Shown: piece by piece, positions 40,058-49,075 of the stretch
Position numbering within the stretch: the first letter of the stretch is position 1
How the letters are laid out: every line of letters begins with the position of its first letter
Assembly (NCBI GenBank): GCA_039586795.1
Contig: JBDHJS010000025.1
Span: 29,703-93,702 of the forward strand
DNA: 64,000 nucleotides
Reading direction: 5' to 3'
Source of the DNA: Gemmatimonadota bacterium
GTDB lineage: Bacteria > Gemmatimonadota > Gemmatimonadetes > Palauibacterales > KS3-K002
Program-made: the position numbers and the translations under genes
Notes under the pieces: model-generated
Told to the model about the DNA's origin: nothing
The model's database searches: none
The model's input: the letters and a program-made list of their open reading frames with translations, nothing else

Positions 40058-41005
40058 CTAGGAAGGCAGAGCCAGCAGCACCACGAACGCCGCGTAGGCG
40101 GCGAGTAGAATGATTCCTTCCCAGCGGGTAAGGCGGAGCGTCGTCCAGACGAAGGGGAGGACTATGACGCTGACGGCCAACATGACGGGCGCCTCGACGC
40201 CGATCACGGAGTCGGCCACTGGGATCTCTCTGGCCAGGGAGGCTGTGCCGAGGACGGCCAGCAGGTTGAAGACGTTGGATCCTACGACGTTGCCGACCAG
40301 AATCTCTCCCTCGTCCTGAACGGAGGCGGCCACAGCGGTGGCGAGCTCGGGTAGCGAAGTACCGATGGCGACGACGGTGAGGCCGATGGCGAGCTCGGAG
40401 ATACCGAGGAGACTGGCGGTCTTCGCCGCACCGCTGACGACCATCTGGGCGCCGCCCAGCAGTATGGCGAGGCCGAGGACCGTGAGAAGGATGTGGCCTG
40501 CCAGATTACCGCCGGCGGGAACGAACCTCTGGTACTCGACTTCGATGGCGGGCGATTCCCGGCGGGCACCGTCCAGCAGGTAAAGCGTGAACGCGATGAA
40601 ACCCGCCAAGAGTGCCAGGCCGTCCCAGATAGTCAACATCCCGTCGAGAGCGAAGACGTAGAAGGCGAGGGAGGCGAATATCATGATCGGCACCTCCCGG
40701 ACCAGCAGACGCATCTGGACGCGGATGGGGCGGATCAAGGCGGCGACGCCGAGGATGAGCGCTATATTTGCGACGTTGGAGCCGATGACGTTGCCGATGG
40801 CGATGTCGCCGCTCTCGCGGACCGAAGCCACGACGGCGACGAGCAGCTCCGGCATGGAGGTGCCCATGGCGACGACGGTCAGGCCGATGACCAGTGCGTT
40901 CACGCCGAGGTCGCGGGCCAGGCGGGAGGCACCTCTGATGAGGACGTCTGCGCCCATGTATAGGGCGCCGAGGCCCGCGATGAAGGTGATCAGCGTGAAA
41001 GCCAT
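40058..41005 (-). CDS. Calcium/sodium antiporter (YrbG family)
   Basis: Two alpha-repeats GTSMPEL/GTSLPEL and GNVIGSN/GNVVGSN; ATG at 41005. Confidence 0.93.
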   Translation of the reverse strand: MAFTLITFIAGLGALYMGADVLIRGASRLARDLGVNALVIGLTVVAMGTSMPELLVAVVASVRESGDIAIGNVIGSNVANIALILGVAALIRPIRVQMRLLVREVPIMIFASLAFYVFALDGMLTIWDGLALLAGFIAFTLYLLDGARRESPAIEVEYQRFVPAGGNLAGHILLTVLGLAILLGGAQMVVSGAAKTASLLGISELAIGLTVVAIGTSLPELATAVAASVQDEGEILVGNVVGSNVFNLLAVLGTASLAREIPVADSVIGVEAPVMLAVSVIVLPFVWTTLRLTRWEGIILLAAYAAFVVLLALPS

Positions 41006-41090
41006 AAGCGGGAAATGTGGAGCCGGTTGGCCTCCGGGACAAGGCGGGGGCGATGAGGCTCCAGGGTGTAGTGTGGTGGGGCGTCCCATG

Positions 41091-41119
41091 TTGACGCCCG
41101 TTTCGGGCTGGGATAGCTT
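41091..41119 (+). promoter_or_regulatory. Putative sigma70 promoter for prs-rplY-pth
   Basis: TTGACG-17 nt-TAGCTT. Confidence 0.6.
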
Positions 41120-41154
41120 AGAAAATCTTTGACTTTCAGGGGCCAAAAGCGCTG

Positions 41155-42111
41155 ATGGATTCTTCGAATATCGACCCGATGAGCAGCGAAATGATGCTGC
41201 TCTCGGGGACGGCAAATCGTCCGCTCGCCGAGGCGATCGCGTCCGAGCTAGGCACGCATCTGTGTGACGTGACCATCAACCGGTTCGCGGACGGTGAGAT
41301 TTTTGTCAGGATCGACGAGAACGTGCGGGGCCGGGACGTATTCATCGTTCAGCCGACGGTGCCGCCGGCCGACAATGTCGTCGAGTTGCTGTTGCTGATC
41401 GATGCGGCGGCGCGAGCTTCCGCGGCTCGGGTCACGGCGGTGGTGCCGTACTACGGATATGCCCGTCAGGACCGCAAAGACCAGCCGCGGGTCGCGATCG
41501 GGGCGAAGTTGATGGCGAACCTGATCACGGAGGCCGGAGCCGACAGGCTGGTGTCGATCGATTTCCATCAACACCAGCTCCAGGCGTTCTTCGACATCCC
41601 GGTTGACCACCTGTACGCATTGCCGGTGTTCGCCGAGCACTACGAGACGTTGAAGCTGGATCCGCTGGTCGTCGTGGCGGGCGACGTCGGGGCGGCGAAG
41701 ATGGCGCGGGGTTTTGCCCGTCGTGTTGGCGGCGAGATCGCGATGATCGACAAGCGGCGACCGAGCCACAACGTGGCGGAAGTCGTGAACGTCATCGGTG
41801 ACGTGGATGGCAAGAACTGCCTGCTGCCGGACGATATGATCGACACCGGCGGAACAGTTGCCGGCGCGGCGCGCGCCCTCAAAGAGCGGGGCGCCAAGGA
41901 GATCTTCATCTGCGCCACGCATGCGCTATTAAGCGGCCCAGCGATCGACCGCCTATCGGAGCTTCCGGCGGAGGTCACGGTGACCGACACGATCCTGGTG
42001 CCGGAGGAGAAACGCTGGCCGGGCCTAACGATATTGTCGGTGGCGGGTCTACTGGCGCGTGCGATTCACTATATTCACGACAACGAGAGTGTGAGCAGCC
42101 TGTTCGAGTAG
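41155..42111 (+). CDS. prs: Ribose-phosphate pyrophosphokinase
   Basis: FADGE, ENVRG, PYYGYARQDRK, DDMIDTGGT. Confidence 0.97.
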   Translation: MDSSNIDPMSSEMMLLSGTANRPLAEAIASELGTHLCDVTINRFADGEIFVRIDENVRGRDVFIVQPTVPPADNVVELLLLIDAAARASAARVTAVVPYYGYARQDRKDQPRVAIGAKLMANLITEAGADRLVSIDFHQHQLQAFFDIPVDHLYALPVFAEHYETLKLDPLVVVAGDVGAAKMARGFARRVGGEIAMIDKRRPSHNVAEVVNVIGDVDGKNCLLPDDMIDTGGTVAGAARALKERGAKEIFICATHALLSGPAIDRLSELPAEVTVTDTILVPEEKRWPGLTILSVAGLLARAIHYIHDNESVSSLFE

Positions 42112-42181
42112 ACGCCAAGAAGGCTGGCGTGGTGCGTGGGCAGGTGTGGTAGGAAAGAGAGAACTCAGAGGTATTCCTGAT

Positions 42182-42865
42182 ATGGCTACTGTTACGCTAG
42201 AAGCGCAACTGAGGACGGAGCGAGGAAAAGGCGCGGCGCGGGCGTTGCGACGCGAGGGATTCGTTCCGGGCATCATCTACGGGCACGGTGAGGAAACGCG
42301 CGCGTGCAAGATAAACGCTAAGGAGTTCGAGCGGCTGGTCACCCGCGTAGCCTACGAGAGCACAGTCATCGATCTCAAACTGGACGATGGGAACACGCCG
42401 CAGGTGCTGATCCGCGACATTCAGATTCACCCTTATCGTCCCGAGGTTCTGCACGTCGACTTCCTAACGGTGCGAAAGGGCGAGAAGGTGAAGCTGTCGG
42501 TGCCGGTGCACCTGACTGGCGTAGCGGCTGGGGTCAAGGAAGGCGGGATCTTGGAGCATCTGCGGCACGAAGTGGAGATCCGCACGATCCCGTCGAAGAT
42601 CCCCGAGGCGCTGGAGATCGATGTTACCGAACTGACGATCGGGGATCAGGTCACGGTCGCCGACCTGACGACCGACGAAGAGGTCGAGATCCTCGCTGAG
42701 ATGACGGCGGCGATCGCTCAGCTGGTGCCGCCGATTGTTCACAAGATCGAGGAGGAGGAGGCGGAAGAGGTCGCGGTCGAGGGCGAGGAAGAGGTTGCGG
42801 AGCCCGAGGTGGTTGGCCGCGGCAAAGCTGCCGACGAGGAGGAGGCGGCGAAAGAGGAGCAATAA
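42182..42865 (+). CDS. rplY: 50S ribosomal protein L25/Ctc
   Basis: GKGAARALRREGFVPGIIYG, HVDF, GVKEGG, acidic tail. Confidence 0.95.
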   Translation: MATVTLEAQLRTERGKGAARALRREGFVPGIIYGHGEETRACKINAKEFERLVTRVAYESTVIDLKLDDGNTPQVLIRDIQIHPYRPEVLHVDFLTVRKGEKVKLSVPVHLTGVAAGVKEGGILEHLRHEVEIRTIPSKIPEALEIDVTELTIGDQVTVADLTTDEEVEILAEMTAAIAQLVPPIVHKIEEEEAEEVAVEGEEEVAEPEVVGRGKAADEEEAAKEEQ

Positions 42866-42867
42866 CT

Positions 42868-43458
42868 CTGAAAGCCGTAGTCGGCCTGGGCAACCCGGGA
42901 GCCCGGTACGAAGCCACGCGCCACAACGTTGGGTGGTGGCTTCTGGATTCGTTGAAGCGTCGCTGGACGGCGACCGCGTTCCAAGAAGAGAGATTCTGGC
43001 TCCGTTCGACGGCCGAGCTTCCCGGCCTCGGCGAGGTGTGGCTGATCAAGCCACTGACGTTCATGAATCGGAGCGGGCTGGCGCTCGTGTCGCTGGTCGA
43101 AGGCGAGTCGCTCGACCTGGAGAGCGACGTGCTGGTCGTCGTCGACGACACGGCGCTGGAGCCCGGCAGGCCACGTTTCCGAGCGCAAGGCTCGGCGGGT
43201 GGCCACAACGGGCTCGAGTCGGTGGAGCGGGCTCTCGGCACGCCCGACTATCCCCGTTTGCGAATCGGGGTAGGAACGCCGCCGCCAGGAATAGACCGTG
43301 CGGACTGGGTGCTGTCGGAGTTCGACAGCGCGGCCGACGAAGATGCGGTTCTCGAAGTGCTGCCGCGCCTTGTGGAGGGAGTGGAAGTCTGGGCGCGTGA
43401 GGGAATCGAGGCCGCAATGAACCGATACAATATTCCTCCTCCCGAAGCGGAGGAGTGA
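42868..43458 (+). CDS. pth: Peptidyl-tRNA hydrolase (apparent CTG start)
   Basis: In-frame extension of ORF 42952 gives LKAVVGLGNPGARYEATRHNVG; also KPLTFMN, GGHNG, RLRIGVG. Confidence 0.93.
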   Translation: MKAVVGLGNPGARYEATRHNVGWWLLDSLKRRWTATAFQEERFWLRSTAELPGLGEVWLIKPLTFMNRSGLALVSLVEGESLDLESDVLVVVDDTALEPGRPRFRAQGSAGGHNGLESVERALGTPDYPRLRIGVGTPPPGIDRADWVLSEFDSAADEDAVLEVLPRLVEGVEVWAREGIEAAMNRYNIPPPEAEE

Positions 43459-43476
43459 AAGTTCGAAAATCTCAAC

Positions 43477-43555
43477 AGTGCTTAACGCCCAATCATCATT
43501 GCCAGATGCTCAATGCCCACGCTCGGGGTAACCCGGTCGTGGGCATTGGGCGTTA
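43477..43555. repeat. Heptamer-periodic imperfect inverted repeat between pth and hppA
   Basis: AACGCCC AATCATC...GATGCTC AATGCCC; GCTCAATGCCCACG versus CGTGGGCATTGGGC (13/14); TAACGCCCAAT versus ATTGGGCGTTA (11/11). Confidence 0.75.
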
Positions 43556-43579
43556 CTTATTGGAGCGGAGGAGGATCAA

Positions 43580-45634
43580 GTGACTGATGTAGCTGTCAAC
43601 TATTCGGCGCCGTTAGGCGTGGTCGGTCTGCTCATCGCCGCTGCGATCTTCGTGTATCTGAAGAGACAGCCGGTGGGTTCGGACTTGATGGCCGAGCTCG
43701 CGATGCGGATCAAGGAAGGCGCACAAGCCTTTCTCCGGCGTGAGTATTCGGTACTGATACCCTTCATCATCGTTGTCGCGTTCTTGCTATTCCTGGCGCT
43801 CGATTCGCTACCCACTTCGTTGGCTTACATGGGCGGCGCCTTCTGTTCGCTGTTTGCAGGGTTCTTCGGCATGAAAGCGGCTACAGAAGCGAACGTGCGC
43901 ACGTCGGAGGCGGCTCGTGACTCGGGCCAGGGGAAGGCGCTGCGCATTGCGTTCAGCGGAGGCGCGGTGATGGGGCTGTCCGTTGGCGCGCTGGGCCTGG
44001 TTGGGATCGGAGCGATGCTGTTCATCTACTCTGGCACGCTTGATTCGGACACTGGGTTCAAAACGTTCAGCGAGATCATTGCCGGGTTCGCCATGGGCGC
44101 GAGCTCGATAGCGCTGTTCGCGCGTGTCGGGGGCGGGATCTACACGAAGGCGGCCGACGTCGGCGCCGACCTGGTCGGCAAAGTCGAGGCGGGCATACCG
44201 GAGGACGATCCACGTAATCCGGCCACGATCGCCGACAATGTCGGGGACAACGTGGGCGACGTAGCGGGCATGGGCGCCGACATCTTCGAGTCGTACGTCG
44301 GTTCGGTCATCGCGACCATCGCGATTGGCGCGACGTCATTGCAGATCCTCTCCGAGCAGCGGCTCGAGGCGATCACGCTGCCGGTCCTCTTCGTGATGTT
44401 CGGCCTGGTGGCCAGTGTCATCGGCGTCTTCTCGATGAAGTTGATGGAGAAGATGAATCCGGCGGCGGCGCTTCGGAACAGCACGTACATAGCGGCGATC
44501 TTGTTCTGGATCGCGGCCTACTGGCTGACTGGCGTGCTCGATATCTTCGCGGGCAATCCGGCGTTCGGCACCTACGGTCCCTTCTGGGCCATGTTCGGCG
44601 GTTCGTTGGTCGGCATCTTCATCGGTCTCTCCACAGAGTACTACACGGCGGGCAAGCCGATCTGGAAGATCGCCGAGGCGTCGCAGACGGGCGCGGCGAC
44701 CAACATCATCGCCGGGCAAGCGGTCGGGATGCTGTCGACGGCGATCCCGGTGCTGCTGATCTGCGCCGCGATCTGGATCGCCTTCAAGTTCGCCGGCCTG
44801 TACGGAATCGGTATTTCGGCGGTCGGGATGCTGGCCACGGTTGGCGTGACGATGTCGGTGGATGCCTATGGGCCGGTGGCGGATAACGCCGGCGGCATCA
44901 CGGAGATGAGCGGGCTGGGCGCGGAAGTTCGGTCGATCACCGACAGCCTGGACGCGATCGGCAACACGACGGCGGCGATCGGTAAGGGCTTCGCCATCGG
45001 GTCGGCCGCGCTGACCGCGCTGGCGCTGTTCAGCGCCTACTCGTCGGCCGTCGGCTTGCAGGAGACCGGCATCAACGTCGTCAACCCGATAGTCGTCATC
45101 GGGATCTTCATCGGCGGCACGCTGCCATTCGTCATCGCGGCGCTCACGATGACCGCGGTTGGCCGGGCGGCGGGCGGCATGGTGCAGGAGGTGCGCCGTC
45201 AGTTCAAGGAGATTCCGGGCCTGATGGAGGGCGAGGCGAAACCAGACAGCGCTCGCTGTGTGGATATTGCGACGCGGTCGGCGCTCGTGCAGATGGTGGC
45301 GCCGGGTCTGATCGCGGTAACGGCGCCGGTCCTCGTGGGCGCGCTGCTCGGCGTGGAGGCGCTGGGCGGTATGCTGGCCGGCGCGACGTTGACCGGTGTG
45401 CTGATGGCGCTTTACATGGCGAACGCCGGTGGCGCTTGGGACAACGCGAAGAAGCTGATCGAAAAAGGCGAATTCGGCGGCAAAGGATCGGATCCGCACA
45501 AAGCCGCCGTGGTTGGCGACACCGTAGGTGATCCTTTTAAGGATACTTCGGGGCCGTCGATGAATATTTTGATCAAGTTGATGAGCGTTGTGAGTTTGGT
45601 TCTGGCGCCGTTCTTTGTGGCGTTGGCTAGCTGA
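43580..45634 (+). CDS. hppA: Membrane-bound pyrophosphatase, K+-dependent, likely Na+-translocating
   Basis: [48 protein letters not shown]. Confidence 0.96.
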   Translation: MTDVAVNYSAPLGVVGLLIAAAIFVYLKRQPVGSDLMAELAMRIKEGAQAFLRREYSVLIPFIIVVAFLLFLALDSLPTSLAYMGGAFCSLFAGFFGMKAATEANVRTSEAARDSGQGKALRIAFSGGAVMGLSVGALGLVGIGAMLFIYSGTLDSDTGFKTFSEIIAGFAMGASSIALFARVGGGIYTKAADVGADLVGKVEAGIPEDDPRNPATIADNVGDNVGDVAGMGADIFESYVGSVIATIAIGATSLQILSEQRLEAITLPVLFVMFGLVASVIGVFSMKLMEKMNPAAALRNSTYIAAILFWIAAYWLTGVLDIFAGNPAFGTYGPFWAMFGGSLVGIFIGLSTEYYTAGKPIWKIAEASQTGAATNIIAGQAVGMLSTAIPVLLICAAIWIAFKFAGLYGIGISAVGMLATVGVTMSVDAYGPVADNAGGITEMSGLGAEVRSITDSLDAIGNTTAAIGKGFAIGSAALTALALFSAYSSAVGLQETGINVVNPIVVIGIFIGGTLPFVIAALTMTAVGRAAGGMVQEVRRQFKEIPGLMEGEAKPDSARCVDIATRSALVQMVAPGLIAVTAPVLVGALLGVEALGGMLAGATLTGVLMALYMANAGGAWDNAKKLIEKGEFGGKGSDPHKAAVVGDTVGDPFKDTSGPSMNILIKLMSVVSLVLAPFFVALAS

Positions 45635-45756
45635 ACACTGAACATTGGGCACGGAACATTGGACATTGTGAAGTGATGCCGAGCGTTGAACATTGAGGTA
45701 TCAATGTTCGGCGTCACCTCAACGTCCAATGTTCCGTGCCCAATGTTCAATGTTCA
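45632..45756. repeat. 125-bp heptamer-periodic palindrome between hppA and ychF
   Basis: 37-nt arms (45632-45668 and 45720-45756) are 35/37 complementary, built of GAACATT/AATGTTC units; the inner stem closes a GGTA loop. Confidence 0.93.
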
Positions 45757-45768
45757 CTATAACATAAA

Positions 45769-46863
45769 ATGAGCCGCGCCCTTCGCGCCGGCATAGTCGG
45801 TCTCCCCAACGCCGGCAAATCAACCCTCTTCAACGCCCTGACCACCTCGAGCGTACCCGCCGAGGCCTATCCCTTCACGACGATCGATCCCAACGTTGGC
45901 GTCGTCGAGGTCTCCGATCCTCGGCTCGACAGGGTATACGAGCTGGTGAAGCCGCCTCGGAAGGTTCCCGCTACGATAGAGTTTTTCGACATAGCAGGCC
46001 TTGTCGAAGGCGCTCATAAAGGAGAAGGGCTGGGTAATCGCTTCTTGGCGCATATCCGAGAAGTCGAGGCGTTGATCCACGTGGTTCGCTGCTTCGACGA
46101 TCCCAACGTCGCTCACCCGGCGGCATCGCTCGACCCGGTCCGGGATGTGGGGCTGGTGGAGACCGAACTGCTGCTGGCCGATTTGGAGACGGTGGAGAAG
46201 CGGCTCGACCGGACCGAGCGGGTGGCACGCTCGGGTGATCGGGACGCGCAGCGTGAGACGGAGTTTCTCGAAAGGGTGAGGGAGTGGCTGGGCGAGGGGA
46301 AGGCGGCGCGCGGGATGGAGTGCAGCGAGGAGGAATGCGACGTGCTGCGCTCGCTATTCCTGCTGACGGGAAAGCCGGTGCTCTATCTGGCCAATGTCTC
46401 GGAGTCGGGGCTCGCCGACGGAGATCCACGTTTGTCGGAGTTGATTGACGCGATGGGAAGCGATCGCGTCCTGCCGCTCTGCTGCCGCCTGGAGGCGGAG
46501 TTGCTCGACCTCGAGCCTTCGGAGCGATCCGAATACCTGGCCGAATTGGGACTCGAACAACCGGCGGTGCAGAGGTTGATTCGAGCGACTTACGGGCTGT
46601 TGGGCCTGATCACGTTCTTCACCTTCAACGAGAAGGAGGTGCGGGCGTGGACGATCCGACGGGGCACGTTGGCTCCGCAGGCGGCGGGGACGGTCCATAC
46701 CGACTTCGAGAAGGGCTTTGTGAAAGCGGAAACGGTGAGTTACGAGGAGTTTTCCCGAGTCGGGTCTTTGAAGGCGGCCAGGGACGAGGGCCTGGTCCGA
46801 GCAGAAGGGCGGGATCACGAGGTCGAAGACGGGGATATCCTGTTGTTCCGGTCCTCACCGTGA
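45769..46863 (+). CDS. ychF: Redox-regulated ATPase YchF
   Basis: GLPNAGKSTLFNALT, YPFTTIDPN, DIAGLV, GEGLGN, HTDFEKGF. Confidence 0.97.
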   Translation: MSRALRAGIVGLPNAGKSTLFNALTTSSVPAEAYPFTTIDPNVGVVEVSDPRLDRVYELVKPPRKVPATIEFFDIAGLVEGAHKGEGLGNRFLAHIREVEALIHVVRCFDDPNVAHPAASLDPVRDVGLVETELLLADLETVEKRLDRTERVARSGDRDAQRETEFLERVREWLGEGKAARGMECSEEECDVLRSLFLLTGKPVLYLANVSESGLADGDPRLSELIDAMGSDRVLPLCCRLEAELLDLEPSERSEYLAELGLEQPAVQRLIRATYGLLGLITFFTFNEKEVRAWTIRRGTLAPQAAGTVHTDFEKGFVKAETVSYEEFSRVGSLKAARDEGLVRAEGRDHEVEDGDILLFRSSP

Positions 46864-46866
46864 GCC

Positions 46867-46895
46867 TTGAGCCGCAGGGGCGGTTCGGGTAGATT
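46867..46895 (+). promoter_or_regulatory. Putative sigma70 promoter for the rpsF operon
   Basis: TTGAGC-17 nt-TAGATT. Confidence 0.55.
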
Positions 46896-46929
46896 ACCCG
46901 CGTTTCAGGCAATACCTGCCATCAACAGA

Positions 46930-47005
46930 TCACCTGCTCCGCCCCCGACACCGGGCGGGGCCGCAGCGAGTCCGACCCACGGGCTCAGGCCAAAGGGAGG
47001 TGCCG
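46930..47005 (+). ncRNA. Possible S6:S18 ribosomal protein leader
   Basis: Structured 5' UTR: CCTGCTCC, a GC hairpin (CCGCCC/GGGCGG), and the GGGAGG SD; position matches the known rpsF leader. Confidence 0.4.
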
Positions 47006-47377
47006 ATGCGCGACTATGAAGTCGTCTACATCTTCGATTCAGCCCTAGATCGTTCGACCATCGATCAGAAGCTGGAGCATTTCAACGGGCTCGTCGCCGG
47101 CAACGGCGGGGGCGAGATCATTGCCGTCGAGCACTGGGGGAAGCGACAGCTAGCGTACCCCATCAAGAAGCACGACAACGGCTACTACGTGGTGGTTCAA
47201 TTCCGAACCGAGGCCACCAGCTTGCCGGAGTACGAGCGTGCGATCAAGCTGGACGAGCAAGTGCTGCGTCATCTGGTCGTCCTATCGGAAGGCGAGCTCC
47301 CCAGCCCGCGGTCAGCGACGGAGGTCGAGAGGGAGCGAACGGATGACGATGACGAATTCGAGGATAATGACGAGTAG
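47006..47377 (+). CDS. rpsF: 30S ribosomal protein S6
   Basis: MRDYEVVYI, WGKRQLAYPI, GYYV, VLRHL. Confidence 0.96.
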   Translation: MRDYEVVYIFDSALDRSTIDQKLEHFNGLVAGNGGGEIIAVEHWGKRQLAYPIKKHDNGYYVVVQFRTEATSLPEYERAIKLDEQVLRHLVVLSEGELPSPRSATEVERERTDDDDEFEDNDE

Positions 47378-47429
47378 GACTCACCTCGAATCGCCGGCCA
47401 AGAACTGAAAGCAACAGGCGGTTTTGACA

Positions 47430-47651
47430 ATGAAGAGAAGACGGAAGCCGTGTCACCTGTGTGAGGGTAAGATCACGGTTGTAGACTACAAAGACGAGCA
47501 GCTGCTGTCGCGCTTCATCACGGAGCGGGGTAAGATCGTGCCGAGTCGGATCACTGGCACGTGCTCTCCCCATCAGCGCCAGCTGACGCAGGCGATCAAG
47601 CGAGGCAGATACCTGGCGCTGCTTCCCTACGTGGAAGACTACCGGCGCTAG
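47430..47651 (+). CDS. rpsR: 30S ribosomal protein S18 (Zn-binding C+ type)
   Basis: [31 protein letters not shown]. Confidence 0.96.
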   Translation: MKRRRKPCHLCEGKITVVDYKDEQLLSRFITERGKIVPSRITGTCSPHQRQLTQAIKRGRYLALLPYVEDYRR

Positions 47652-47658
47652 TCGTACT

Positions 47659-48576
47659 GTGAGCGACGGGCGCATCGGACTGGCCCAGGCGGTCGGGTTC
47701 GGGCTCATCAGTTTGGCGTTTGCGGTCACCCAGCCGTTCTTGCTGCTGGGTTTGCCGCTGGCCTTGTTTCTGATTGCCTGGGGCCCGCGCAACGCGTGGA
47801 CGGCGGCGGTTGTCGGCGGTGTTTTGGCCCTGTCGTATCTGGGCGAACGGACGGGGCTCTGGTGGTTCGAACGGGGCTGGCCGTTGCTCGTAGCGGGGAT
47901 GTTCTTGTGGGCGTCGTCCTGGCGGCCGACATGGACGTTCTCGGCGCGGGCACTAGCCGCTCTGGGGATGGCGACGGCGGCGGCGACGGCGATCTGTGTA
48001 GCCAGTCCAATGGTCTGGCTAGAATTAGACGCCTCGATGGCGGAGCGCATCGCGCAAGCCTCGCGGGCGCTCATGACGTTACTCGGGGACCGGGCGGACG
48101 AGACTGTGAGCTCGGTGATGCAGGCGGTAGTCAAGTTCCAGATCGCGGTTTTCCCGGCGATGTTGGGCGTCAGCTCGTTGGCGGCGTTGGGAGCGGCCGT
48201 TTCGCTGCGCGGTTGGATCGCGGGGGAGGCAGGTCTGGCGTACGGATCGTTGAAGAACTTTCGGTTCAACGATCAGTTGATATGGCTGTGGCTGCTGGGG
48301 TTGGTGCTTCTACTCGCGCCGCTAGGCGAGATTGCGAGTCGGGTAGGTGGTAACGCAGTCTTCTTCATGGGCGCGTTGTATGTGGTGAGAGGGCTGGCGG
48401 TCGTGTTGTTCCTGGTGGGTGGAATCTCGATATTCGCGGCAGTGGTGGGTGGAACAGTAGCGTTGTTGATATCGCCGATTCTGGCCCTGGCGATGAGTGC
48501 GATGCTCGTCATCGGACTGGGCGATACGTGGCTGAATTTGAGAGAGCGGGTCCGGGCGAGCGACGTGGAGCTTTAG
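47659..48576 (+). CDS. DUF2232/YybS-like membrane protein
   Basis: Polytopic; FRFNDQLIW, GLGDTWLNLR; located between rpsR and rplI. Confidence 0.85.
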   Translation: MSDGRIGLAQAVGFGLISLAFAVTQPFLLLGLPLALFLIAWGPRNAWTAAVVGGVLALSYLGERTGLWWFERGWPLLVAGMFLWASSWRPTWTFSARALAALGMATAAATAICVASPMVWLELDASMAERIAQASRALMTLLGDRADETVSSVMQAVVKFQIAVFPAMLGVSSLAALGAAVSLRGWIAGEAGLAYGSLKNFRFNDQLIWLWLLGLVLLLAPLGEIASRVGGNAVFFMGALYVVRGLAVVLFLVGGISIFAAVVGGTVALLISPILALAMSAMLVIGLGDTWLNLRERVRASDVEL

Positions 48577-48607
48577 AAAGAGGAACGGAAGAACGGAGCG
48601 ATAAAAA

Positions 48608-49072
48608 GTGGCAAGGAACTTAGAGGTCATCCTCAGAAGGAAGGTTGAGAATCTCGGCGATGTCGGCGACGTTGTCGCTGTGAAGTCGGGTTTCGCCCGC
48701 AACTATCTGCTGCCGCAGGGACTGGCCTATGCGGCAACCGACGCCAACCGCAGACTGCTGGAGCAGGAGCGATCGGAGGCCCTTCAGGCTGAGGAGCGGG
48801 ATCGCTCCAACGCGCGGTTGCTGGCGGAGAAGCTGGAAGGCGCATCGATTACCTTCTCGATGTTGGCAGGTGAAGAGGGCAAGTTGTATGGTTCTGTCGG
48901 GCCGCGAGACATCGCTGGCGAGCTGAGCGCGCAGGGTTATGACGTGAAAGCCCGCCACGTATTGCTACCCGATACGATCAAGATGCTGGGCGTCTACTCC
49001 GTGCCGATCCGGCTCTATCCAGAAGTGGAGGCGTCTGTGAAGGTGTGGGTAGTCAAGGAGGAGGAGGAGTAA
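48608..49072 (+). CDS. rplI: 50S ribosomal protein L9
   Basis: VENLGDVGDVVAVKSGFARNYLLP, GKLYGSV, IKMLG. Confidence 0.97.
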   Translation: MARNLEVILRRKVENLGDVGDVVAVKSGFARNYLLPQGLAYAATDANRRLLEQERSEALQAEERDRSNARLLAEKLEGASITFSMLAGEEGKLYGSVGPRDIAGELSAQGYDVKARHVLLPDTIKMLGVYSVPIRLYPEVEASVKVWVVKEEEE

Positions 49073-49075
49073 GGC

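Noticed and set aside
38505..41100. Integrative element at tRNA-Gln
   Set aside because: No integrase and no direct repeat of the tRNA 3' end found
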